Shown piece by piece: positions 34,734 through 43,510 of a stretch of DNA of 64,000 nucleotides. Each line of letters opens with the position of its first letter. Within the stretch, counting starts at the first letter, position 1. The stretch is taken from NCBI GenBank assembly GCA_965227515.1, contig CBDDFZ010000002.1:64001-128000 (forward strand), given 5' to 3'. Position numbers and translations under genes: made by a program. The stretch is from Alphaproteobacteria bacterium. GTDB lineage: Bacteria > Pseudomonadota > Alphaproteobacteria > CALKHQ01. The notes beneath the pieces are model-generated. The model was given only the letters and a program-made list of their open reading frames with translations, was not told the origin of the DNA and did not search any database.

Positions 34734-36443
34734 TCAACCTCCGGGTACGTGAGAAACGGAGGTCGGGCTCCCGTCCGGCCCGCCTTCCACGATGACCTCG
34801 CGGAACATGCCCGCGTTCATGTGGTAGCTGAGGTGGCAATGGAACGCCCACCGCCCTGGCGCGTCCACCTCCGTCTCCATCGACAGGGTGGACCCGGGGG
34901 CCACGCTCACCACGTGCTTGGCCGGGTTGGACGCGCCATTGCCCGTGTCCAGGATCGACCACATGCCGTGCAAGTGCATCGGATGCGCCATCATCGTCTC
35001 GTTTACGAAGGTGAATCGGACACGCTCTCCGTACTGCAGGCGGATCGGCTCGGCATCGCTGTACTTGATGCCGTCGAACGACCAGATGTAACGCTCCATG
35101 TTGCCGGTCAGCCGGATGGTGATTTCGCGGGTGGGCGGGCGCTGATCATAGAGCGGCGCCTGCGCGACGAGATCGCGATAGGAGAGCATGCGGCCGCCGC
35201 CGGCTGCCACCGGCGCGAGACCGCTGCCGGCGGCGTAGAACGGGTCTGCCGAGGGCTCCGACGGCATGTCGTGGCCCATTGCGGCATGATCCATGCCATC
35301 CATGGGCCCCTGCATCACCGTCCCGTCCGACATGACGTGGTCACCGCCACCCATTTCCATATCGCCGTGATCCATCCCCTCATGCGCCATGCCCATGTCG
35401 GCCATAGTCAACAGTGGGGGCTCGCGCAGGTCTGGCACCTCGCCTGCCAGGCCCTCGCGCGGTGCAAGCGTGCCTCTGGCAAACGCCGTACGTCCCACTG
35501 ACTCGGCAAATAGGGTGTAGGGGCGATCCTCCTCGGGCCGGACGACCACGTCATAGGTTTCGGCGACCGAGATCCGCAGTTCGTCCACCACCACTGGGCG
35601 AACATTGTTGCCGTCTGCCTGCACCACGGTCATCTGCAGGCCCGGGATGCGGATATCGAAGTATGCCATTGCGGAGGCGTTGATGAACCGGAGCCGAATC
35701 CGCTCACCTGGCGTGAACAGGCCCGTCCAGTTCTGCACCGGGTCCATGCCGTTGATCAGCGGCACGTACCCGTGGACGTCCTCGATGTCCGTTGGCGCCA
35801 TTCGCATTTCACCCCATTCCAACCGATCGGCCAGCGCCGCGTCGAATCCGAGCTCGGTCATTTCGCCGAGAAAGTCGACCAGCGTGCGTTGCTGCCGGTT
35901 GTAGTAGTCCGACATCAGCTTCAAATTCCGCATGACTCGTTCGCCGGAATGCGGATGGGCGTCGGTCAGCAGCACCACATAGTCACGATCAAAGCGGAAC
36001 GGTTCAGACCCGGCGGGCTCGATGACGATGGCGCCATAAGCGCCGTCCGGTTCCTGAAGGCCGCTGTGACTGTGGTACCAGTACGTGCCGGCCTGAACGA
36101 TGGGGAAGCGATAGGTGAAGGTTTCGCCGGGTGCGATGCCGGGAAAGCTGATACCCGGCACACCGTCCTGGTTTGGCGGCAGTATCAATCCGTGCCAGTG
36201 GATCGAGGTGTCTTCGCTGAGGGTGTTGGTGACATTGATCGTCACTTCCTCACCCTCGGTGAATCGTAGCACCGGGCCGGGGCTGGCGCCGTTGAAGCCA
36301 ATGCCGGTGCGCTGGAAGGCTTCGGTGGTGATGGGAACATAGCCCACGGTGAGGTCGATTTCGGCGCCGCTTGCCGGCAGCATCGCGGCTAGCAAGGCGC
36401 CGAGGCCGAGCAGGCACGCGGGCACAACGGGATGGCGTTGCAT
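34734..36443 (-). CDS. copA: CopA/PcoA-type multicopper oxidase
   Basis: IHWHG, YWYHSHSG, HPMHLHG, WAFHCHLSYHM, and a Met/His-rich insert. Confidence 0.95.
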   Translation of the reverse strand: MQRHPVVPACLLGLGALLAAMLPASGAEIDLTVGYVPITTEAFQRTGIGFNGASPGPVLRFTEGEEVTINVTNTLSEDTSIHWHGLILPPNQDGVPGISFPGIAPGETFTYRFPIVQAGTYWYHSHSGLQEPDGAYGAIVIEPAGSEPFRFDRDYVVLLTDAHPHSGERVMRNLKLMSDYYNRQQRTLVDFLGEMTELGFDAALADRLEWGEMRMAPTDIEDVHGYVPLINGMDPVQNWTGLFTPGERIRLRFINASAMAYFDIRIPGLQMTVVQADGNNVRPVVVDELRISVAETYDVVVRPEEDRPYTLFAESVGRTAFARGTLAPREGLAGEVPDLREPPLLTMADMGMAHEGMDHGDMEMGGGDHVMSDGTVMQGPMDGMDHAAMGHDMPSEPSADPFYAAGSGLAPVAAGGGRMLSYRDLVAQAPLYDQRPPTREITIRLTGNMERYIWSFDGIKYSDAEPIRLQYGERVRFTFVNETMMAHPMHLHGMWSILDTGNGASNPAKHVVSVAPGSTLSMETEVDAPGRWAFHCHLSYHMNAGMFREVIVEGGPDGSPTSVSHVPGG

Positions 36444-36506
36444 CCAGGAATCTCCAGTTATAGTGAGAAGATGCGGCCAGCACGCGGCTGGCCGCAACTC
36501 GACTTG

Positions 36507-37031
36507 TTAGTGCTGAATGTTGACCTGACCGACCATGCCGACCTGATAATGGCCGGGAATGTTGCAGGCGAACTCTAGATCGCCTGAGCCCGAGAAGGTC
36601 CAGGTCAGCTCAGTGGACTGACCGGGCTCCAGCAGGACGCTGTTGGGGTCGTCATGGTCCATCGAGCCGCCATCCATGCCCATCATGTCATGATTGATGC
36701 GATCGACCGCGATCATCCCGTGCTGGACCATGACCATCATCTCAGCCTGATGTTCCACGTGCATGGCGGGCGTGCCAATGTTGAATTCATGCAGTGCTAC
36801 ACCCTGATTAGCGATGACGAATCGGATGGTTTCGCCCTGGCTGACGGAAATCGACTCCGGTTCGAAGTAGTTGTCCTGCAAAACGATTTCGACGGTCCGA
36901 CTGGCAGAAGCGGGGTCGCCCGGCTGGCCGATCTGAGTATTGTTGACGGCATCGGCCTGAGCCACGCTGGCAAGGGTGCCCGCGGCGGCAATCGAGCACG
37001 CGCAAGCAAGGATAGACTTGGCAATAGTCAT
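36507..37031 (-). CDS. Periplasmic cupredoxin (CopI-like)
   Basis: Signal peptide, HEFNIG, Met/His-rich loop, FACNIPGHYQVGM. Confidence 0.9.
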   Translation of the reverse strand: MTIAKSILACACSIAAAGTLASVAQADAVNNTQIGQPGDPASASRTVEIVLQDNYFEPESISVSQGETIRFVIANQGVALHEFNIGTPAMHVEHQAEMMVMVQHGMIAVDRINHDMMGMDGGSMDHDDPNSVLLEPGQSTELTWTFSGSGDLEFACNIPGHYQVGMVGQVNIQH

Positions 37032-37116
37032 GGGTATTCCTCGTAAGTCTGATGATGTAGCAGAGCACGCCCGTCCGACGGCGAACCGCAGGATGGGGCA
37101 AGTGGGCTGTTACGCC

Positions 37117-37443
37117 TCAGACTCGAGGAGGTGGCGGACTGACTTCGCTGAACAACTGGTGGCACGCGTTGTCGTCATGACCGGGCGACAACCCGGCCAA
37201 CGAAACGCAGCTTGCGGCAAACGATGCACGCAATGGCATCACGAGCCCGCCTGAACAACGCTCAATCGATATATCGCACGTGGGGCCGGAATCGCCGGTG
37301 TCGCCACGATGATGAAGATCCGCTGCCGACATGGCTGCCGCGACCACGCTGCCGTTACCCGCCATGGCGGGAGTCCCATACGTCGCGATAGCGACGGCGG
37401 TCCAGAACATCAGGGTCAGGGCAAGTCCGAGCAGGCGGTTCAT
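37117..37443 (-). CDS. CutF/CruR (DUF2946-like) leader peptide with signal sequence, Cys motif and C-terminal PPPPR
   Basis: Hydrophobic N-terminus, HH...C-x6-C, ends EVSPPPPRV*; first gene of the cupredoxin-copA-copB unit. Confidence 0.72.
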   Translation of the reverse strand: MNRLLGLALTLMFWTAVAIATYGTPAMAGNGSVVAAAMSAADLHHRGDTGDSGPTCDISIERCSGGLVMPLRASFAASCVSLAGLSPGHDDNACHQLFSEVSPPPPRV

Positions 37444-37456
37444 TTCGCCTCTATCC

Positions 37457-37480
37457 GGCCCTCCCGTGCTGGAAGGTCAA
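37457..37480 (-). promoter_or_regulatory. Imperfect CueR-type promoter/operator
   Basis: Minus strand reads TTGACCTTCCagcacgGGAGGG: a -35 TTGACC overlapping the ACCTTCC half-site. The spacer is one base shorter than in the other boxes. Confidence 0.55.
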
Positions 37481-37545
37481 TATCAAAAATGAGCTGGATC
37501 ACCAAAAAATCAGCCAGGCGGTCTGTAGGGGCCCATGAGCCAGCG

Positions 37546-38118
37546 CTAGTGCGCGCCCGAACCGCCGCGCGCGATGGCCAGATGATGCGCCTGGTGGTGG
37601 GCGCCTGTCGCCATCAGCCCGAAGAAGCCCAGCGCCTGGATGCGGGCCACGTCGGCCGCATCGGCGGCGGTAACGCGCCAAACGATCCCGCCGTCCGACA
37701 CCTCGGCCTGCGACATCCAGCCGGTCTCGCCAGCCAACACCGGCGCATGGGCGGGCACCATCCGGCCAGCGGCCGCACCGCCGTAGCCGGCGACATCGAT
37801 GCGCATTTCCAGGCCGTCCGCCAGCTTGGCCTCCTGGACCGTCGCCTGCATCAGCATGTCCATATCGGCCAGGTGCGCGGCCAGGGCACCGATGTCGACC
37901 GACGACCAGTCGGTCTGCGGGTCGGTTTCCAAGATCGCCACGATCTCGGCGATGGCGGCAAAGGCGCTCTGCCCCGTTTCGGCCGGCGCACTCGGCCCGG
38001 CACCCATCATCTGAGCATGGTCGCCATGTAGGTGCTCCTGGGCCTTATGCTCCTGAGCATTTGCCGGCCACGCCAGGACGGCGACGATCGCGGGCAGAAC
38101 AGCGGCTGCAATTCTCAT
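37546..38118 (-). CDS. Exported His/Met-rich hypothetical protein (putative copper-binding)
   Basis: Signal peptide, EHLHGDHAQMM, HLADMDMLM, MVPAHA, C-terminal HHQAHH; GGAGG RBS. Confidence 0.78.
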   Translation of the reverse strand: MRIAAAVLPAIVAVLAWPANAQEHKAQEHLHGDHAQMMGAGPSAPAETGQSAFAAIAEIVAILETDPQTDWSSVDIGALAAHLADMDMLMQATVQEAKLADGLEMRIDVAGYGGAAAGRMVPAHAPVLAGETGWMSQAEVSDGGIVWRVTAADAADVARIQALGFFGLMATGAHHQAHHLAIARGGSGAH

Positions 38119-38184
38119 GAGACCTCCTCCGTGAGCATCATTCGCTTCTACCCGACCGCATCCCCACGCCATATGATCTGGATC

Positions 38185-38796
38185 ATGTCGGATGTCTTTT
38201 CCGCGATTGAGCTTGCGGTTGGCCCGTCGGGCGTCAGCACGGTGTCGTTGGCCCCGCAACAGGCACTGTTCCGCCAGGACGACCCGACAAGGGGCATGTT
38301 CCTGTTGAGGTCGGGGCGCGTCGACCTGATGCGGCACACGGCATCGGGCATCACCGCGCGCATCCATGCGGCACGCGCCGGCGAGACGTTCGCGGAAGCG
38401 TCGCTATACAGCGACCGCTACCATTGCGATGCGGTGGCGGTGTCGGCCAGCGAAGCGATCCAGTTCCACAAGGCGGCCGTGCTGGCCGCCCTCGCTCGCC
38501 AGCCCGAGCTGGCAAGCGCCATGTCGCATCACCTGGCCGCCTCGTTGCGCGAGACGCGGCGGCGCATCGAGCTGCTGTTCGTGACGCCGTTGTCCGAGCG
38601 CCTCCATCAGCGTCTGGCCGATCACGCCAACAGCGACGGCGCGCTCCCGCCCCATACAACGACAAAGACCATCGCGGAGGAAATCGGCGCCACGCCGGAA
38701 GCCACCTATCGCGCACTTGCGCAACTCGAACGCCAGGGTCGGGTCGAGCGGGTCAGGTGCGGGACAATCAGGCTTCGGGCGATCCCGCGATCCTGA
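38185..38796 (+). CDS. Crp/Fnr-family transcriptional regulator
   Basis: cNMP-binding-like domain (LFRQDD...[10 protein letters not shown]...YHCDAVA) and HTH ([16 protein letters not shown]). Confidence 0.88.
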   Translation: MSDVFSAIELAVGPSGVSTVSLAPQQALFRQDDPTRGMFLLRSGRVDLMRHTASGITARIHAARAGETFAEASLYSDRYHCDAVAVSASEAIQFHKAAVLAALARQPELASAMSHHLAASLRETRRRIELLFVTPLSERLHQRLADHANSDGALPPHTTTKTIAEEIGATPEATYRALAQLERQGRVERVRCGTIRLRAIPRS

Positions 38797-41098
38797 CCGA
38801 CCTCAGCCTTAGCGCGTTGCCGATCACCGACACCGACGACAGGCTCATGGCGGCGGCGGCCAGCATCGGGGAGAGCATGACCTCGAGGAACGGGTAGAGG
38901 ATGCCGGCGGCGATCGGCACCCCGGCGGCATTGTAGAAAAACGCGAAGAACAGGTTCTGGCGGATATTGCGCATGGTCGCCTGCGCCAGGTGGCGCGCGC
39001 GCAGGATCGCGTTGAGGTCGCCCTTGACCAGAGTGATGCCGGCGCTCTCCACCGCTACGTCGGCGCCGGCCCCCATGGCGATGCCGACATCGGCCGCGGC
39101 CAAAGCCGGCGCGTCGTTTACCCCGTCACCGGCCATGGCGACACCATGTCCATCCGCCTGGAACCGGCTCACCAGGTCCGCCTTGGTCTGCGGGCTTGCC
39201 TCCGCGTGCACTTCGTCGATGCCGAGCGTGCCGGCCACCGCCTCGGCGGTGCGCCGGTTGTCGCCGGTGGCCATCACGATCCGGAGCCCCGCTTCGTGCA
39301 GGGCGGCGATTGCGGCGGGCGTGGTTTCCTTGACTGGGTCGGCCACAGCGAGGATGCCGGCGGCCTTGCCGTCGACACCGACGAACATCGCGGTCTTGCC
39401 CTCGCCGGCCAGTTCCGCCGCGCGCTCCGAGAGCGACCCAAGTTCGACCCCGAGATCATCCATCAGCGCGGCATTGCCAAGCGCCACCTCGCGCCCGTCC
39501 ACCGTACCGCGTACGCCCTTGGCAGTGATCGCCTGGAAGTCATTGGCCGACGATAGGGTCAATTGCCTTTCCTTCGCCCCTGCCAGGATCGCCGCCGCCA
39601 GCGGATGCTCCGAGCCCTGCTCCAATGCGGCGGCCAGTGCCAGCATCTCCCCTTCGTCATCCGAGGCGATAACATCGGTCAGCTTGGGCTTGCCCTCGGT
39701 CAGGGTGCCGGTCTTGTCGACCACCAGCACGTCCACCTTGGCGAACCGCTCCAGCGCCTCGGCATCGCGGATCAGCACGCCGAGCCCGGCACCGCGCCCG
39801 GTCGCCACCATGATCGACATCGGTGTGGCCAGCCCCAGCGCGCACGGGCAGGCGATGATCAGCACGCTAACCGCGGCGATGAGCGCGAACGCGAATGCCG
39901 GCGACGGTCCGAAAATCAGCCACACGACAAAGGCGATGACGGCGATGGCGAGCACCAGCGGCACGAACCAGCCCGCGACCCGGTCGGCCAGCGCCTGGAT
40001 CGGCGCGCGGCTGCGCTGGGCTTTCGCCACGAGGTCGACGATCCGAGCCAGCATGGTATCGGCGCCGACTCGTTCGGCTTGCATGACGAAGCTGCCGGTG
40101 GTGTTGAGCGTGCCGCCGGTGACCGCATCGCCGTCCGCCTTCTCCACCGGCATCGGCTCGCCGGTCAGCATACTCTCGTCGACCGCCGAGCGGCCCTCGA
40201 TCAACACGCCGTCCACCGGCACGCTCTCGCCCGGACGCACGCGCAGACGATCGCCGGCCTGGACTTGGTCCAGCGGCACGTCGATTTCGTCATCGCCCTC
40301 AATGCGGCGGGCGGTCTTTGGAGCAAGGTCCAGCAGGGCCCGGATTGCATCGCCGGTGCGCTCACGCGCGGCGAGCTCTAACACCTGGCCGACCAGCACC
40401 AGGATGATGATGACCGCGGCGGCCTCGAAATAGATCGGCGGGCCGCCATGCCCATCACCCATGTGACCGGGAAAGAGGCCCGGCGCCACCATCGCTACCA
40501 CGCTGAACACATAGGCGGCACCGGTGCCGATGGCGATCAGGGTCCACATGTTGGTGTTGCGGGTGACGATGGAGCGCCATCCGCGGCGGAAGAAGGGTGC
40601 GGCAGCCCACAACACGACGGGCGTTGCCAGCGCGAACTGCAGCCAGCGGGCCACCTCGACGCCAAGCCAGTCGGCGAACGGGATGCCGATGTGGCTGCCC
40701 ATCTCCAGCGCGAACACGCCGATCGCCAGCGGCGCCCCGACCCACAGCCGGCGCCGGAAATCCACCAGCTCGGGATTAGGACCGGCGTCGGCGCTCGGCG
40801 TCATCGGCTCCAGCGCCATGCCGCAGATCGGGCAGTCGCCGGGCGCGTCGCGCACGATCTCCGGGTGCATCGGGCAGGTGTAGCGCGTGCCCGGCGCAGC
40901 GGGAGCCGGCGTCCCCGACGAGCGCTCGCCAGCCTCGAACCGCTCCAGGCACTTGCGCGAGCAGAAGTAGTAAGTCTCTCCTTCGTGCTCTGAGACATGC
41001 TCCGCAGTTGAGGGGTCGACGGTCATGCCGCAGATCGGGTCACGAACCGCGGTTCCCTCAGGATGACTATGGTCGTGGTGATGCGCTTGCACGGACAT
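38768..41098 (-). CDS. P1B-type Cu(I)/Ag(I)-exporting ATPase with YHS and heavy-metal-binding domains
   Basis: DPICGM/YYFCS (YHS), [54 protein letters not shown]. Confidence 0.97.
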   Translation of the reverse strand: MSVQAHHHDHSHPEGTAVRDPICGMTVDPSTAEHVSEHEGETYYFCSRKCLERFEAGERSSGTPAPAAPGTRYTCPMHPEIVRDAPGDCPICGMALEPMTPSADAGPNPELVDFRRRLWVGAPLAIGVFALEMGSHIGIPFADWLGVEVARWLQFALATPVVLWAAAPFFRRGWRSIVTRNTNMWTLIAIGTGAAYVFSVVAMVAPGLFPGHMGDGHGGPPIYFEAAAVIIILVLVGQVLELAARERTGDAIRALLDLAPKTARRIEGDDEIDVPLDQVQAGDRLRVRPGESVPVDGVLIEGRSAVDESMLTGEPMPVEKADGDAVTGGTLNTTGSFVMQAERVGADTMLARIVDLVAKAQRSRAPIQALADRVAGWFVPLVLAIAVIAFVVWLIFGPSPAFAFALIAAVSVLIIACPCALGLATPMSIMVATGRGAGLGVLIRDAEALERFAKVDVLVVDKTGTLTEGKPKLTDVIASDDEGEMLALAAALEQGSEHPLAAAILAGAKERQLTLSSANDFQAITAKGVRGTVDGREVALGNAALMDDLGVELGSLSERAAELAGEGKTAMFVGVDGKAAGILAVADPVKETTPAAIAALHEAGLRIVMATGDNRRTAEAVAGTLGIDEVHAEASPQTKADLVSRFQADGHGVAMAGDGVNDAPALAAADVGIAMGAGADVAVESAGITLVKGDLNAILRARHLAQATMRNIRQNLFFAFFYNAAGVPIAAGILYPFLEVMLSPMLAAAAMSLSSVSVIGNALRLRSVRIAGSPEA

Positions 41099-41147
41099 GG
41101 GCTTGCCCCCAGCCGCGGAGCCGGACAATCCCGCCGCGGTGTGTCCA

Positions 41148-41178
41148 TATATGGAGTTTCCAGTCACTGGAAGCTCAA
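41148..41178 (-). promoter_or_regulatory. CueR-dependent promoter of the Cu-ATPase
   Basis: TTGAGC-19 bp-CATATA, with the perfect dyad TTCCAGT-n-ACTGGAA (41158-41172) in the spacer. Confidence 0.8.
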
Positions 41179-41205
41179 GCCAATTCTGAATCGACAATCA
41201 CTGTA

Positions 41206-41236
41206 TTGACATTCCAGCAACCGGAACCCTTATTCT
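41206..41236 (+). promoter_or_regulatory. CueR-type promoter of the cueR operon
   Basis: TTGACA-19 bp-TATTCT containing ACATTCC-agcaacc-GGAACCC. Confidence 0.8.
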
Positions 41237-41261
41237 TTGATATGAAGGAGAGTGTGGCTCG

Positions 41262-41663
41262 ATGAACATCAGCGATGCGGCCGGCCTGAGCGGATTGCCC
41301 AACAAGACCATCCGCTATTATGAGGACATCGGGCTGGTGCAGCCACAGCGCAGCGGTAATGGATACCGCGCATTCACCGAGAGCGACGTGCATAAACTTC
41401 GCTTCTTGTGTCGCGCACGCTCGCTTGGATTTTCGATCGAGGATTGCCGCGCGCTTCTGGACCTATATGAAGAGCGGCATCGATCAAGCGCCGACGTAAA
41501 ACGGATCGCCAAGGCCAATCTGGCGCAAATCGACATGAAGATCGGCGAGTTGCAGGCGATGCGTCATACGCTGGTCCATCTGATTGACAGTTGTCATGGC
41601 GACGACAGGCCCGATTGCCCAATACTCGATGATCTGGCCGGTGCCGCATGGGCATCGCCCTGA
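41262..41663 (+). CDS. cueR: Cu(I)-responsive MerR-family regulator
   Basis: KTIRYYEDIGL, NGYR, RARSLGFS, and the C-terminal SCHGDDRPDCPIL metal loop. Confidence 0.96.
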   Translation: MNISDAAGLSGLPNKTIRYYEDIGLVQPQRSGNGYRAFTESDVHKLRFLCRARSLGFSIEDCRALLDLYEERHRSSADVKRIAKANLAQIDMKIGELQAMRHTLVHLIDSCHGDDRPDCPILDDLAGAAWASP

Positions 41664-42001
41664 TGCCCATGGGCTTGTCTCGCCTGATTGCAGGTGCGAT
41701 TGTCGCACTGGTCTTGTCTCTGCTACAGACCGCTCCGACATCAGCGCATGAAGGCGTTCATTCGATGGTCGGTATAGATAAGCGTGGCAGCGCTGACGTC
41801 GGCCAGTCGTTCGCATTGCATGAGGCGCAGACTTGTCACAGCGGAGCGGCGGGCGCCATTTGCGCGTCGCTAGCTGCAGCGCCATTGGAGGCTGGCAGTT
41901 GGTTGCCTCCAATGGCTGATGCTCGATGCTGGTCGCAAGGTCAGCAGCTGTGGCGCAGCAAAGCCCTTTCAGCCCCGCCAACGCCACCACCGATGGCTTG
42001 A
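41663..42001 (+). CDS. Second CutF/CruR-like leader peptide
   Basis: ATG overlaps the cueR stop (TGATG). Signal peptide, HEGVH, C-x8-C, ends SAPPTPPPMA*. Confidence 0.65.
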   Translation: MPMGLSRLIAGAIVALVLSLLQTAPTSAHEGVHSMVGIDKRGSADVGQSFALHEAQTCHSGAAGAICASLAAAPLEAGSWLPPMADARCWSQGQQLWRSKALSAPPTPPPMA

Positions 42002-42055
42002 TCCTGGTCGATTGAAGAACCGATCTTCAAACACGGGATCCAGTACAGGTGAAAG

Positions 42056-42607
42056 ATGATGCGAACAGCGGCAGCAATTGCAGCGACCGCAGCTGTAGCG
42101 GCAGCAACTTTGAGTGCGTATGGCCATACGGGCGCCTCCGGCGTCGTGAAGAAACGCATGGACGCCATGGGAGTTCTTGGCGACGCTATGGAAGCGTTGA
42201 CAGGCATGATGCGCGAGGAGACGCCTTACGACGCTGAGCGCGTGCGTTTGTTGGCTCAAGATATTGCGATCCACGGCGGCGCGGCTCTGACGGAATTGTT
42301 TCCCGAGGGCAGCGCCGACCCGCCATCCGAGGCCTTGCCTCAAATCTGGGGCGAATGGGATCGCTTCGCGGGTCTCGCGGATCAACTTGCTTTGGTGGCT
42401 CGAGCGCTCGAAGCCGTAGCCGACAGTCCGCGGTCCGATGGAGACGATATGATGTCAGGCGGCGGCATGATGTCGGGTGGTGGCATGATGGGCAGCCCCA
42501 TGACACCGGACTATGACATGTTGATCGAAATGCCCCCGGACATGGTGTTTCGACAACTCGCCCAGACCTGCACAGCCTGCCATCAGGACTATCGCCGGGA
42601 GGAATAA
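42056..42607 (+). CDS. Cytochrome c' / c556-type protein with Met-rich insert
   Basis: Signal peptide, SEALPQIW..WDRF, C-terminal CTACH, MMSGGG repeats. Confidence 0.88.
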   Translation: MMRTAAAIAATAAVAAATLSAYGHTGASGVVKKRMDAMGVLGDAMEALTGMMREETPYDAERVRLLAQDIAIHGGAALTELFPEGSADPPSEALPQIWGEWDRFAGLADQLALVARALEAVADSPRSDGDDMMSGGGMMSGGGMMGSPMTPDYDMLIEMPPDMVFRQLAQTCTACHQDYRREE

Positions 42608-43510
42608 ATGTCTCGACGCAAAGTTCTTGGCGTCGGGGCACTTGTTATTGTGATTGTCGGAACCGGCACGGCGTACATGGTCGTGCGCGGCCCCGACATT
42701 CCGCTCCGCCGCCTAGACGGTCTGACCGGCAACATTGATCGCGGTGCCTACGTCGCGAGGTTGTCCGGATGCATCGCCTGCCACACCGATGCCCGCAATA
42801 ACGGTGCGGTTCTCGCGGGTGGCGGGGCGACCGAGACCGCCTTCGGCACCTTCTATGCGCCGAATATCACGCCCCACCTGGAAGATGGTATCGGCGGATG
42901 GTCGATCGATGATTTCAGTCGAGCGCTGACGGCCGGCCTGTCTCCCGATGGCAGCCACTACTTCCCGGTGTTTCCGTACGCTTTCTACACACGGATGTCC
43001 GATCAGGACATCGTCGACTTATGGGCTGCGGTCAATTCCGTGCCGCCGGTGGCCAGCGGCCCGCCCGAACACGAGCTGGATTTTCCGTACAGCGTAAGAG
43101 CCGGCGTTGGCCTATGGAAATGGTTGTATCTCGATAACGGCGAACTGGCACCTGACCCGTCCCGGCCCGAGTCCTGGAATCGCGGTCGCTACCTCGCGCT
43201 CGGTCCGGCTCATTGCGGCGCATGCCACACGCCCCGTGACTTTCTCGGCGGTCGGCAGCTCGAATTGCGTTGGACCGGCGGCGAAGGGCCTGATGGCGAG
43301 GCGGTGCCGCCGATCACCGGTACCGCATTGAGCGACGCTGGTTGGACGGAAGAGGATCTGGCCTTTGCATTGAGAACCGGCATCGTCCCGGGCGGCGATG
43401 CCTTTGGCGGCTCAATGGCAGAAGTTGTCAGGGATGGCTCGCAATTCTGGAGCGGTGACGATCTGTCAGCCATCGCCACATACGTATTTTCTGTGGAGAG
43501 CGCGGAATGA
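42608..43510 (+). CDS. Diheme cytochrome c (membrane-anchored)
   Basis: CIACH and CGACH, APNITP...GIGGWS, RGRYL. Confidence 0.9.
   Translation: MSRRKVLGVGALVIVIVGTGTAYMVVRGPDIPLRRLDGLTGNIDRGAYVARLSGCIACHTDARNNGAVLAGGGATETAFGTFYAPNITPHLEDGIGGWSIDDFSRALTAGLSPDGSHYFPVFPYAFYTRMSDQDIVDLWAAVNSVPPVASGPPEHELDFPYSVRAGVGLWKWLYLDNGELAPDPSRPESWNRGRYLALGPAHCGACHTPRDFLGGRQLELRWTGGEGPDGEAVPPITGTALSDAGWTEEDLAFALRTGIVPGGDAFGGSMAEVVRDGSQFWSGDDLSAIATYVFSVESAE

Noticed and set aside
42448-42495. 18-bp tandem repeat (ATGATGTC.GG.GG.GGC)
   Set aside because: It is the coding MMSGGG repeat inside cytochrome c', not a CRISPR or DNA-level repeat.
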